A stretch of 64,000 bases of DNA from the human T2T-CHM13v2.0 reference genome, Homo sapiens: NCBI RefSeq assembly GCF_009914755.1, contig NC_060930.1; one strand, written 5' to 3'. The notes beneath the pieces were generated by a model, which saw only the letters and a list, made by a program, of their open reading frames with translations, was not told the DNA's origin and ran no database searches. The first letter of the stretch is position 1. Each line of letters begins with the position of its first letter. Shown here piece after piece: positions 1-49,718 of this stretch. Position numbers and translations under genes: made by a program.

Positions 1-186
1 ATTGTGATTATGAAATAAAATGTACGTATTTCTTAGAGATATATATTTAAGTATGTAGGAAGAAATAATATAATATTGGCAGTTTGCTTTAAAATATTTC
101 AGCAAAGAAAGAGAAAGGAAAAAAAGAAAGAATAAAGAAAAATAAAAAGAAATGAAATACTTCAGCAAAGAAAATCAAAGGAAAAA

Positions 187-536
<350 letters not shown>

Positions 537-756
537 TTAAGCTGCTGCTGAATCTCGGTGATTGTTATATGGGGGTATCAGCAGATCTGTCCCCTCATTC
601 CTATCCCTTTCTATACCATAGGTCTTTTCCCCCACCCTCTCACTACTTTATATTCCTTTCTGAACCTCCATTTTTTTCCCTCCAATCTTTGCCATTCCAG
701 CCACCTCTTTAACTGCCACTGCCACCTCACCCAGACCCAGAACATCCTAAGCATAC

Positions 757-17304
<16,548 letters not shown>

Positions 17305-18339
17305 GAAATACATTGATCTGTGTGATCGAATGTGAATTAACAATGACGTTGACTTGATACTACATTTCTGAGTGGTTACCACATTTTATTGATTGTATGC
17401 TTCTCACCAGACTGCAACATCCTGGAGGACAGGGAGCTAATTCTTAATCATTTTGTAACCATAGCTCCTAATTTGGTGGATACATAGTAACTATCAAATA
17501 AGTGAATAATAAATCTATGGGAAGAAGCAGATGGACTCCGTCTTGAACCCACTCAATTTTTCCCCCATCAATTACCCCTCTCTCGTTTTTCAATACTGGG
17601 TCTCTTGCAGAGTTGCAGTGGCGGCCACCTGGTCAGTGAAATCAGCGAATTGAAAAACCACTGACTTCATTAACATGTCTAAAGAGGCAGGCTGAAAAAA
17701 CTGAAAATCTATCAGGCATCTCATTCCATAGTTCCCTGTTTGACAAGAAGACCAAGGTGTCTTCAAAGTCTGCCCTAAGGTCCAGATCTCCTACCCACGT
17801 AGGAGACTTCTAGTTTCACAAATCCCCGATGTCGGTTTCTCTAAACTATTTTATTCTTTGAACATACTCTCCAGACAACATCGCTATCCTGAAAAGCCCT
17901 TGCTGCAATTTTGTTTCTCTTTCAAAACAATGGCTCGAAAATTTCCAAGGAAATAGCAAGAGGGCGATTCCCTTCTTGAAGTATTTGAGGGAGCAGAAGC
18001 TTACTGAAGTTCATGCCTTGGGTCACCAAAGGCCAGGGGAGGCAGAGCACGGTGCCAGACTTCTCCCCATTTTTCGCTGAACTAAGCAATCCTTTCTCCC
18101 CTAGAGGTACTGCAGCTGGGAGCTTTCAGGGCGTGTCTTCCCCACCACCCAACTTCTGGAACCCCAGACTTCTCAATTCCTGTACCCCCAAGAACTGCTC
18201 ACTTTTTGTACAAAAACCTCAGGCATAGAGGAAAGGAATCTTGCGCAAGGTCGTTTTTCATTTACAAAACAAAAACCCCATGAAAACCAAACCGGTACCC
18301 ACCCATTCGTCACTTCATTTTGCAGCATGGACAACAATA

Positions 18340-18708
18340 GGGGACTACAACTCCCAAAGAGGACTGCGCTCGTCCACTGGCTCAGAGGCCAATGGACGCC
18401 TGGTACATGACCGGCATCGACTAATCAGGGCCAGGCTCGATGAGGCTTTGTCTCCCTACCGCGCGCGGGGCCGATTCTCCCGCCTCCCAGCCCCGGCGCA
18501 CGCGCGCCCCGCCCAGCCTGCTTTCCCTCCGCGCCCTCCCCTCTCCTTTCTCCCTCTCAGAACCTTCCTGCCGTCGCGTTTGCACCTCGCTGCTCCAGCC
18601 TCTGGGGCGCATTCCAACCTTCCAGCCTGCGACCTGCGGAGAAAAAAAATTACTTATTTTCTTGCCCCATACATACCTTGAGGCGAGCAAAAAAATTAAA
18701 TTTTAACC
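18340..18708 (+). promoter_or_regulatory. TUBB: TUBB promoter / 5'UTR
   Basis: ZNF143/THAP11-type GACTACAACTCCCA at 18343-18356, CCAAT at 18389-18393, GC boxes ~18480-18515, CpG island, pyrimidine-rich start region. Confidence 0.75.
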
Positions 18709-22599
<3,891 letters not shown>

Positions 22600-22759
22600 G
22601 GCAGAGCCCCCATCACCTCAGGCTTCTCAGTTCCCTTAGCCGTCTTACTCAACTGCCCCTTTCCTCTCCCTCAGAATTTGTGTTTGCTGCCTCTATCTTG
22701 TTTTTTGTTTTTTCTTCTGGGGGGGGTCTAGAACAGTGCCTGGCACATAGTAGGCGCTC

Positions 22760-22765
22760 AATAAA
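22760..22765 (+). terminator. TUBB: TUBB proximal poly(A) signal, within an L2/MIR 3'-tail remnant
   Basis: AATAAA 160 nt after the stop, inside tagaacagtgcctggcacatagtaggcgctcAATAAAtacttgtttgttgaatg, followed by U/GU-rich sequence. Confidence 0.75.
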
Positions 22766-23603
22766 TACTTGTTTGTTGAATGTCTCCTCTCTCTTTCCAC
22801 TCTGGGAAACCTAGGTTTCTGCCATTCTGGGTGACCCTGTATTTCTTTCTGGTGCCCATTCCATTTGTCCAGTTAATACTTCCTCTTAAAAATCTCCAAG
22901 AAGCTGGGTCTCCAGATCCCATTTAGAACCAACCAGGTGCTGAAAACACATGTAGATAATGGCCATCATCCTAAGCCCAAAGTAGAAAATGGTAGAAGGT
23001 AGTGGGTAGAAGTCACTATATAAGGAAGGGGATGGGATTTTCCATTCTAAAAGTTTTGGAGAGGGAAATCCAGGCTATTAAAGTCACTAAATTTCTAAGT
23101 ATGTCCATTTCCCATCTCAGCTTCAAGGGAGGTGTCAGCAGTATTATCTCCACTTTCAATCTCCCTCCAAGCTCTACTCTGGAGGAGTCTGTCCCACTCT
23201 GTCAAGTGGAATCCTTCCCTTTCCAACTCTACCTCCCTCACTCAGCTCCTTTCCCCTGATCAGAGAAAGGGATCAAGGGGGTTGGGAGGGGGGAAAGAGA
23301 CCAGCCTTGGTCCCTAAGCCTCCAGAAACGTCTTCTTAATCCCCACCTTTTCTTACTCCCAAAAAAGAATGAACACCCCTGACTCTGGAGTGGTGTATAC
23401 TGCCACATCAGTGTTTGAGTCAGTCCCCAGAGGAGAGGGGAACCCTCCTCCATCTTTTTTGCAACATCTCATTTCTTCCTTTTGCTGTTGCTTCCCCCCT
23501 CACACACTTGGTTTTGTTCTATCCTACATTTGAGATTTCTATTTTATGTTGAACTTGCTGCTTTTTTTCATATTGAAAAGATGACATCGCCCCAAGAGCC
23601 AAA

Positions 23604-23609
23604 AATAAA
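23604..23609 (+). terminator. TUBB: TUBB distal poly(A) signal
   Basis: AATAAA ~1 kb after the stop, followed by GU-rich tgtgtgcttattt. Confidence 0.8.
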
Positions 23610-23724
23610 TGGGAATTGAAAAAAGCTGCGAGATGTGTGCTTATTTAGGGAAACACGGCTGGCTGATGGAGGCATGGGGCCTGAGTTCAGTTGCACTGCT
23701 CTCCTTAAATTGACACTTAATATT

Positions 23725-23980
23725 GAGTCCCTGTCCTACGGATTCAACCAACTGGATATTGGGAAAAGAGTTGTACTGGACATGTATAGACTTCTCATTA
23801 TTCCCTAAACAATAATAGTATAAATTATTTACATAATATTTGCATTAGATTAGGTATTACAAGTAACGTAGAGATGATTTGAAGTACACAGGTTATATGC
23901 AAGTACTACATTTTATATGAGGGACTTGGGTGTCTGCCGATTTGGTATCTCAGGGAGGTACTGGTAAGGACACTGACTGC
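23725..23980. mobile_element. Degenerate TcMar-Tigger DNA transposon (Tigger4/MER46-like) fragment
   Basis: ggattcaaccaac...cattattccctaaacaata...tagagatgattt...ggttatatgcaa matches the recalled consensus. Confidence 0.6.
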
Positions 23981-24456
23981 TTTATAGACCCTCACATCAT
24001 TGTTTCTGGTACCCAAACTGCTCTGAGCACCAGTCAGTCTTTACTGTAGTCTCTGACAGCTCACTACAGCCTTGATGTCCTGGGCTCAAACAATCCATCT
24101 CATTCTCCCAAGCAGCTGGGACTGTAGGCATAAGCCAGGTGAGCCAGTGCACCAGGCCCACCAATGAGTCTTAACTGGGGAAGGCATAGGCTTAGATGCA
24201 GGATCCAGGGATGGAAAATGGAAGCTGAGAAGAATGACAAATCACGTGTAACTGGTTTCCAGACCAGCATCCACATCCTCTGGGAACTTGCAGAAATAAA
24301 TGCAAGTTTTTCATCCCACCCAGATGTACTGAACCATAAATGGTTGAACTGGCCTTGGCCACCCAGCCCAGGATTCCTTTGGGTTATGTGTACCCATGGC
24401 CATTTCCTGTGATCCTGTGGGCTTAGTCAACCTATGACACCAAGATAACTAGTGAA

Positions 24457-40392
<15,936 letters not shown>

Positions 40393-40419
40393 GGTTCAGG
40401 CTGGAGCTGGAGGAGAGGG

Positions 40420-41400
40420 AGGGAAAGCCTTTGCGGATGGGGAAGGCGCGCTGTGGCGTCCACAGGGGCCCATCCTTTCCCTTTCCCGTCAGGCCCTCCC
40501 AGTCTGCATCCGCCACGGCCCGTCCCTTCTACACCCATGGGTCCGCTAAGGCTTTTCCCTACAAAATCCTTAAGATCCCCAGCTACCTCTTCTCCGCCTG
40601 CGTATGGTCCCTCCCTTCCCCTCGCCGCTCCCTTTGATAAAGGTCCCCCGCGCCCAGAGGCCTGCAGACCTTTCCCCTCTCTCCCTGCTTCTCGGCAGCC
40701 CCAGGCTCCATCTCCCCTCCCCCACTCACCTTCCGGGACGCGGGCGGCAGCCCGGCTGGGGTCTCGGGAAGGGCGGGGTCGCGCAGGGACCTGGGAGCCG
40801 GGCAGGGGCCGCTCGCAGACCAGCTTTCCTGGGAGCTGGCCCCGCTCCCGCGTTCCCCACCCTGCCGCACCCCGTTGCTGCGGCAGACGCGACCCCGCCC
40901 CCCGCAACGGACTAAGCACCCCCACTTCGCCCCGCCTCGGCCCAGTGCGCTCGGCCCGCCCCTTTCCCGGCAGGCCCCGCTAGAGTCCGCAGCCCGCCCG
41001 CCCGCTGGCTCTCGGGCCCAGCCGGGCTGCCTGGTTAGCCCGGGGAGGGCCACATCCCTGCCGCCCCAGTCACCGCCCTTCTTGAGCCGGGAATCCCGCC
41101 CACGCCGCGCCACGCTCCGCCCCCGGGTGAGGGACTTGACCTCCGCCTGGCACCCTGGCGTAAGGGTGATTGCCACATCTCGGATTCGCCGCGGGGCAAC
41201 TACCTGGGAAAACCGCAGACTGGGCAATGAAAGACTACATCCGGCAACCGGATGCTGGGTTCTGTGACTCCAGGAAAAGGGGCTCCTGGGCCCAGGGAGG
41301 TGCGCGGGCTGGGGACTCGGCCACGGCGCCTCCCGCCGGTCCTTGCCATCTGAAGGCCGGGAGGAGTGGGGAGTCGGCGCTTGCAAAGATACACTCAAGA
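40420..41400 (-). promoter_or_regulatory. FLOT1: FLOT1 CpG-island promoter and non-coding exon 1 (donor at 40730/40729)
   Basis: CpG-dense with many GC boxes; minus-strand AG|GTGAGT at 40724-40731. Confidence 0.75.
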
Positions 41401-41419
41401 CTGCAGACAGTAAATCAAT

Positions 41420-41425
41420 TTTATT
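41420..41425 (-). terminator. IER3: IER3 poly(A) signal
   Basis: TTTATT on +, ~710 nt after the stop. Confidence 0.8.
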
Positions 41426-41427
41426 TG

Positions 41428-41440
41428 TGTTCACAGAACA
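41428..41440 (-). promoter_or_regulatory. IER3: Constitutive decay element (Roquin-type triloop stem-loop) in IER3 3'UTR
   Basis: Minus strand UGUUC-UGU-GAACA: 5-bp stem with Py-Pu-Py triloop, same core as the TNF CDE (UUCUGUGAA). Confidence 0.75.
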
Positions 41441-41752
41441 TACTAGGCGATCTCGACAGTCGCTCCGTGACAGCCCACCAACCCCCAACCCTCTACCTCG
41501 CAGCCACCCTAAAGGCGACTTCAAGAAGATGGAAGGATCTCACGGATCTCATTCCTAATGGTCCGCCGAAGTCTCACACAGTAGACAGACGGAGTTGAGA
41601 TGCTGGAGGATGCAGTCACCTCCTAAACTTACGACCCACCACCAGACTTCATCCCAGCCGGGACGTCCTCCCCCACCCGAGTCCTCCCCATTTCTTCTCC
41701 TACTTTGCCGCAGTTCCAGGTGTCCTGCTTCCACCAGTCCCACAAAGCTCAA

Positions 41753-41899
41753 TAAATACCAAGAGACCTGCATTTACAGCAGGGGGAACATCTCACACCC
41801 TTGCATAAGTTAAAATAAATATTACGTACACATCTCCATCACCTAGGAGGACGTACATAAATACATATAAATATTAATTAGGAGCAATAAGAAATAAAT
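41753..41899 (-). promoter_or_regulatory. IER3: AU-rich element cluster in IER3 3'UTR
   Basis: Five AUUUA (TAAAT on +) at 41753, 41816, 41858, 41868 and 41895, in U-rich context. Confidence 0.85.
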
Positions 41900-42138
41900 T
41901 AACGACGCTCTCCTTCCCACCGGGCCTAGCCCCAGCTGGGCTGTGCCTCGGTCTCTATGCGCCTCGGTCTCTGTGCGCCTCGGTCCCGCCTCAAGCACCG
42001 GGTGGCGTCTCCGCTGTAGTGTTCTGAGTTCAAGTTGCCTCGGAAGTCCCAGTTGGGGATACGCTCTCGCGCACCAGGTACGCCTGGTGTTTCTTTGTGG
42101 TTTTTCGGATTCTTTTTGGGGAGTGCGGGGAGTCACAG

Positions 42139-42721
42139 TTAGAAGGCGGCCGGGTGTTGCTGGAGGAAAGTGCTGAGGTCCAGAGCGTAGTCCGAGGGCT
42201 CCGAAGTCAGATTAAAGGGCTCGAGGACGGGGGACACAGGGGTGGGCGCCAGGGATGCGGCGTTAGGGGCGTCCTCTGGAGGCAGGGGCGCCGGCACACC
42301 CTCTTCAGCCATCAGGATCTGGCAGAAGACGATGGTGAGCAGCAGAAAGAGAAGCCTTTTGGCTGGGTTCGGTTCCTCGACTGGCAGCTGGCGCCGGACC
42401 TAAGGGGAGACAAAACAGGAGACAGGTCAGGTCGAGGCCTCTGGAGTCGGGTCGTTCCCCAGTGACTCCAGGGCAGCGCACCCCGCGAATGCCCACTTCG
42501 GCGATACTCACCACTCGAGGGTAGAGAACCCTGCGGCTGCGCTTTCGGTGCCCGCGAGAGGCGCTGGGGCGCCCGGCAGGGGCCGCTGCGGGCTCCGGGA
42601 GAGGGTCGAAGGTGAAGATCTCAGGACCGGAGCCCCGCCGGGGTCCCGGGATGGTGGAGGGGGCCGGGGTCGGGGCCTGCAGGATGGTCATGGTCGGGTG
42701 GCAGCTGCGAGAGTGACACAT
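42139..42721 (-). CDS. IER3: Immediate early response 3 (IEX-1), 156 aa. Exons: 42512-42721, 42139-42399
   Basis: [19 protein letters not shown]...RRVLYPRV|VRRQLP...[18 protein letters not shown]...QQHPAAF*; 112-nt GT-AG intron. Confidence 0.98.
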
Positions 42722-42769
42722 GGTGAGCCGAGCGGAGTGTAAGGCCAAGTGAGGGTCGGCTGCCGGCAG

Positions 42770-43000
42770 AGGTAATTTATGTGCTCCTGAAAATTGGGCG
42801 GGTCCTTCTAACTCCTCCTCCCGCAGCTGGGGAGCGGTTGGCAGCAGCGGGCTGGAAATTCCGACGATTAAACAAAGGGAGTGGGTGGAGACTTGACATG
42901 CACAATCCTAGGCGCCCAACTGCACGTTGTGAGTGTGTGAGTCGTGAGTGGGGGTGGGTGAGATCCCGGGCTGCAGGCACATGTCGAGGCATGTGGCACC
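42770..43000 (-). promoter_or_regulatory. IER3: IER3 proximal promoter: TATA-like CATAAAT, GC box, NF-kB site, p53 response element
   Basis: atttatg ~42775-42781; gggcggg ~42796; GGAAATTCCG 42854-42863; two adjacent CATG-core half-sites GCACATGTCG/AGGCATGTGG at 42977-42996. Confidence 0.85.
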
Positions 43001-43674
43001 TGGAGAGGGGCTCACTTTAGCCACAGGATCCCTCACAGGCCTTTTTTTTTTTTTTTTTTTGGAGATGGAGCAGTCTCGTTCGGTCGCCAGGCTGGAATGC
43101 AGAGGCGCGATCTCGGCTCACTGCAACCCCTGACTCCCTGGTTCAAGCGATTTTCCTGCCTCAGCTTCCTGAGTAGCTGGGAATACAGGCACGCGCCACC
43201 ACGCCCAGCTAATTTTTGTATTTTTAGTAGAGACGGGGTTTCACCCTGTTGGCCAGGGTGGTCTCGATTTCCTGACCTCGTGATCTGCCTCGCTCCCTCC
43301 GTCCTTCTTCTAGTAGTCTCAAGTTGCTATTGTTGCCATCTTTACGTCCACGAGTTCCCAATGTTTGGTTCCCACTTATAAGTGAGAATGTATGGTATTT
43401 GGTTTGCCCGCCTCGGCCTCCCAAAGTGCTGGGATTACAGGCGTGAGCCACCGTGCCCTGCCAAGAGGGCTTTTTATTGGAGATCAGGCCATCCTGCTGC
43501 AATACTGACCCAGTTATATGCACGCATTCATGCACTTGTAGGTATCCTTAGAATATAAACTCCCCAAGAAGGAAATTGTTACAGAAATAGTCAAGATTAA
43601 GGGAGAAATGAACACACTAGCACACACAGACACAAACCTGCCTGCCTGAGCACACATGAAGACACACACCGCGT

Positions 43675-44020
43675 AGCCATACAAAAGAACAAAATTATGT
43701 GCTTTGCAGCAACATGGATGCGGCTGGTGGCCATTATCCTAAGCGGATTAACTCAGGAACAGAAAACCAAATACCACACATTCTCACTTATAAGTGGGAA
43801 CCAAACATTGGGAACTCATGGACATAAAGATGGCAACAATAGCAACTTGAGACCAGTAGAAGAAGGACGGAGGGAGTAAGGCAAAGGTTGAAACACTAAC
43901 TATTGGGTACTATGCTCAGTACCTGGGTGACAGGATCATTCATACCCCAAACCTCAGCATCATGCAGTATACCTAGGTAACAAACCTGCACATATACCCC
44001 AGAATTTAAAATAAAAGTTG
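43675..44020 (+). mobile_element. L1 (L1MA/L1PB-type) 3'-end fragment
   Basis: gcagcaacatggatg...ttctcacttataagtggg...tacctgggtgac...acaaacctgcaca...aataaaagtt. Confidence 0.8.
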
Positions 44021-44741
44021 GGGAGGGAGGGAAGGATAGAAAGATTAAAAAAGTAATACACAATGGTGGGGCATGGTGGCTCTTGCCTGTAATCCTAGCA
44101 TTTTGGGGGGCTAAGGTGGGAGGATCACTTGAGCTCAGGAGCCTGGGCAACATAGTGAGACCTTGTCACTATAAAATAACAACAACAACAACAACAATAC
44201 ACAATTAAATATTATTCAGCCATAAAAAGAATGCAATCCTGGAAAAAAAGGAAAACATACCACGTACACCTACCAACACACATGTACACAGTAAAGGTGC
44301 AAAGACTGTATAGGGACAGTTCAGCAAAACTACTCTCTTAGGAGCGTGCAGAAATATTCACATAAAGGCTGGTGCAGAGGGCCACAAATACAAAGGCAAT
44401 AGGTTAGCAGCCACCCAGATTTGCCCCTTGCTGTAAGTCAAACAACCAAATTTATGGGACAAACATTCTAAATTGTGAGACATTATACAAATGTTACAGT
44501 AATGGTAATTACTCAACTTAAAGCAGATTCACATTTCCATAACTTCCTTACAGACAGCTGCTCATGGACACAGAATTTAACTTTTTTTTTTTGTTTTGAG
44601 ACAGGATCTGGCTTTGTCGCCCAGGTTGAAGTGCAGTGGCATGATCTCGGCTGACTGCAACCTCTGCCTCTTGGCTCAAGCCATACTCCTACCTCAGCCT
44701 CCTGAGTAGCTGGGACCACAGGTGAGCACCACCATGCCTGG

Positions 44742-44925
<184 letters not shown>

Positions 44926-45426
44926 AAATTTTTTGTAGAGCCAGGGTTTTGCCATGTTGCCCAGGCTGGTCTTGAACTCCTGAGCTCAACCAATCTGCCT
45001 GCCTCGGCCTCCCAAAGTGCTGGCAGCCACCGTGCAGAATTTAACATCTTTTGAGCATTCACCTGTTTCAGGCGCCCTCTGTTGAGGGTACTACTGTTGA
45101 GAGTCCTGAGGCTAGTTTCAGTATAAGTGCTGTGCCATGCAGCTGCCTGAGGAAAGCCAGATAAAGCTGATACTCCAGCCATGAGGGCCTTACCCTCCGG
45201 CATGAGGAGGGAACCATGGCCAGGAGAGCTCTCTATCTGTCTGTCTCTGTTGCTCTCTCTCTCTCTCTTTTTTTGTTATATTGAGTTTCTGCCTGAAGGA
45301 AAGGCAAGCTTTCTTGAAGATCCTAAGAAAGGCCAGGCACGGTGGTTCACACCTGTAATCCCAACACTTTGGCAGGCCGAGGCGGGTGGATCATTTGAGG
45401 TCAGGAGTTCGAGACCAGCCTGGTCA

Positions 45427-45681
<255 letters not shown>

Positions 45682-48600
45682 TTAAGGGGGGGACCCAAAA
45701 GAGCTAGTGTTCACATCTGTCCAATCAATCAGGGGAGGCTTCATGGAAGAGTGGCACTGAAGGTGACCTTGAACAGTGGGTGGGATATGACAAATTCAGA
45801 TGTGGAGGATGACTGTAAGAATGGAATTAGCAAAGACCTTGAGCTGGAAAAGTACAGGATGTGTTTGGGGAATCACAAGAAAAACAATCTCAGAGTAAGT
45901 TTCCTGTAACGGAGTAGTGGGAAGTAATAATGGCTGGAAAGGAGTGGAATTGGGCAGAGTGGGGAGAGCAGAGCTGCCAGGTCAGGAGCCTGGGTTTCAC
46001 TCTAGACTGTAGAGCTTGTGGGTTGCTGGATGAGATAAAGGGAGGAAAATTCAAGCAGGAAACTGATTGGGATGAGGAGTGATGCTCTGGACGGGTAGAG
46101 ACTAAGGCAGTAGACAGGAGGCTATTGGAGGGGCTCAGGTAGATGATAACAAGAGCCTGAGAAGGTGGCCCTAAGAGACATTCCTAGCATAAGATAATCA
46201 GAATTGGGCAATGAGATGGATATCATTAGGGGAAGGGAGCATGGGAGAGGGAGAGTTGCCGACAGCAAGAGGATGAAAAGATCTGAGATGACTCCAGAGA
46301 TTTGAAATACATCTGGCTCAGATCTTTCTACCATCATTTTAAGCCTGGTGCACAAAGTGAATACATATATGATCTCTTCCACTGGAGGCTGTGTCATACA
46401 CATCTTTGTGTCCTCCAGAGAACCCAGCATGGTACCTTGTAGGCAGCAGTTGCTCAATAATCTTGTTAAATGCCAGGTGAAATGTACAACTGTAAGTGTG
46501 CATGTAGTATTCCCACCTTGGCTGGGTCACACCAAGCTTCTGAGATGTGGCTACACTCCTCCAAACCACTCATACAAATGTACAACATCTTTAGAAAAGC
46601 TGGGACAATTCTTACACAGACACCAAACAGGAAACACTTTTCTCCCCTCCCACTTAGGAAACACTTAAAAGGATTTTTCAATCAAGAACATGTAGGAACA
46701 CAAATAAGAGGACAGGCCACAACCGGCTAGAAATACACTACTGCTCTGTGTACAATTCCTGGGCCTACAAGTCACTTTATTTTATACTCACTACTCTTAT
46801 CTAAATACACAAGATCCCTTCCACATTACACACTTCTTCCTGGCTGGCATAAAACACACCTCCTCTGTAAACAAAGGCGCATTGCTTTCCCACGCCTGTC
46901 TTCACACCTGCCATCATTCTTACATTTACACCCAAGCACAGGGAGCCCACCACCCCCAACATCCTTATTCCAAGGCAACTCGCACGCTACACAATGACCA
47001 ACATAAACCCATGACTACTTACACATGTGGACAGACCCTCACACTCACATAAACATAAATTGGGAGTAGGGGGAGATAGTGATGATGGAAGAAAACTAGT
47101 GGGTGGGAGAGAGAGAGAAGCACCAAAGGTTAGGAATGCATTACTTGTTTATGATGGAAAATTTCTCTAGGGCATTAGGCAGAGGAGGGGAAATGAAGGG
47201 GATGCCAGGATCTTGTTTTGCCACTACCTCCCACATCTGGAATCTGGGCCTCCAGCTGGGTCTAGTTATCCTCGCTGTCCTCCCGGCACAGAGAGACCTT
47301 TCTTTGTGGCAAGACCAGAATGGGACAAAGAGAAGACCTGAGAACCCGGACTGCTCACCATTCCCAACCAATCCCATCCCCATTCCTGCTACCCTCAGAG
47401 CCCTAGGGCTCTGCTCCTGCTCCTTCCTGCCACACAGGAAGCTAGGGAAATGTTGGGGGTGAATCATTAAGCCAATAAGGGGGTGGGGGAGTGCAGGCTG
47501 GGGAATGAGTTAAGGCCAGAAAGTGCCAGGGGCTGAGACGAGCAACTGGACTGGCTCCCACTGCCCTGATACTGGAGAAACAGGCCCTTAGCCTCCTCCA
47601 TTTCCAGCTCTCCTCCTCATTTCCTTCCCATCTTCCCCCAGATCACCATGTTCCTTCATTTCCCTCGTTTGACCTTTGCCTTGATCCATCACCACTGCTA
47701 GCCTCCTTCTCAGCCCCTTGTTTTTCTTCATGACACATATCACGTTGGGGAATCATTTTATGTATTTGCTTTTTGCTGTTGTTTGTCCCGCCTACTGGAA
47801 TATAATCTCCACGAGTGTACAGGGCCACATCTGACCTTTTTCTCATTAGATCTCTGTAGTATCTCCAGTACTTGGCTGTCACCTAGTAGGAACTTAATAA
47901 ATATTCTTAAATCTGTCTCCTCCGAGGAGCTAAACCTCATCTGCAGAGAGGTCTGTTTATCTAGCCATGTTCCTTTAGAGGCCCCCATGTTTGCTCTTCA
48001 AAGAGGAGGTTGGGGGCACTCAGGTGTGGCTCAGGTGATCCGCCGCTGAATCAGGAACAATTGTGCAGTGACGACAGCGACAGCAAAGCCCTGGCCCGCG
48101 CCCTTTACAATCCCTGACATAGGAGTGAGTCAGGCCTGCTGCCTCACCTGGGTACTGCTGCACTGCTGACCACAGGCCCAGAACGGGGGAAGGCAAGAAT
48201 GGGCACTGGCGGAGGCAGAATGGGCAGGGGAAAGGGAGGCAGAGATTTGGAAATGGGAGCATCTGAGAAAGGAAAGCAGGGTGAAGGGACTGCACCAGGG
48301 TCCTGGGGGTAGGGAATGACAAAGTGAAAGCTTTTTAGCTGCACCTGGTATTCAGTAGATCCTCAATAACTACTTGGTGACTTGAGATGGGTTTGAGATA
48401 GAAAGGAAACACGGAATAGCAAAAAGAACATATTGTAATCTAGTGGTGTTAGACGAAATTGGGTTTAAGTGCCAGCTCTGCTACTTATTAACTAGGCAAT
48501 ATTGGGCCAGTTACTTAATGTTGCTGAAAATCTGTTTCCTCAATTGATAAATGGGCAAATTGACCTCTAGGTAACTGCAAAGGTTAAGCATATAAATTTA

Positions 48601-48887
48601 CTCCTTCTGGGCACATAGTAGGTGCTTCTTGCATGGAGCAGGGGCATTATTATAATTATGAGAAGAGGGACTGCTTTGGAACAGGGATGGGCAGCAGTGA
48701 GCCAACCCAGGAGTAGGGAACTGGAATGAGAAAGTAACCTCTAACTGCTAACATCACCAGGAGATACAAGTTCTTTCTCTTTTTACTCTGCCCTCCCTCC
48801 CTCTCCATATCAGGCAGGTTTTGTGGCTCTTTATTTTCCAGAGAAGCAAAGACTTCTGCATTCCTAGTTCCTGTTCAACTAATGTGA

Positions 48888-49010
<123 letters not shown>

Positions 49011-49075
49011 TGATCCTCCCACCTCAGCCTCTTGAGTAGCTGGGACTCCAGGAACGTGCCACCATGCCCAGCTAA

Positions 49076-49219
<144 letters not shown>

Positions 49220-49253
49220 TAAAAAATTTAGTTTGGCTGGGCGTGGTGGCTCA

Positions 49254-49718
<465 letters not shown>

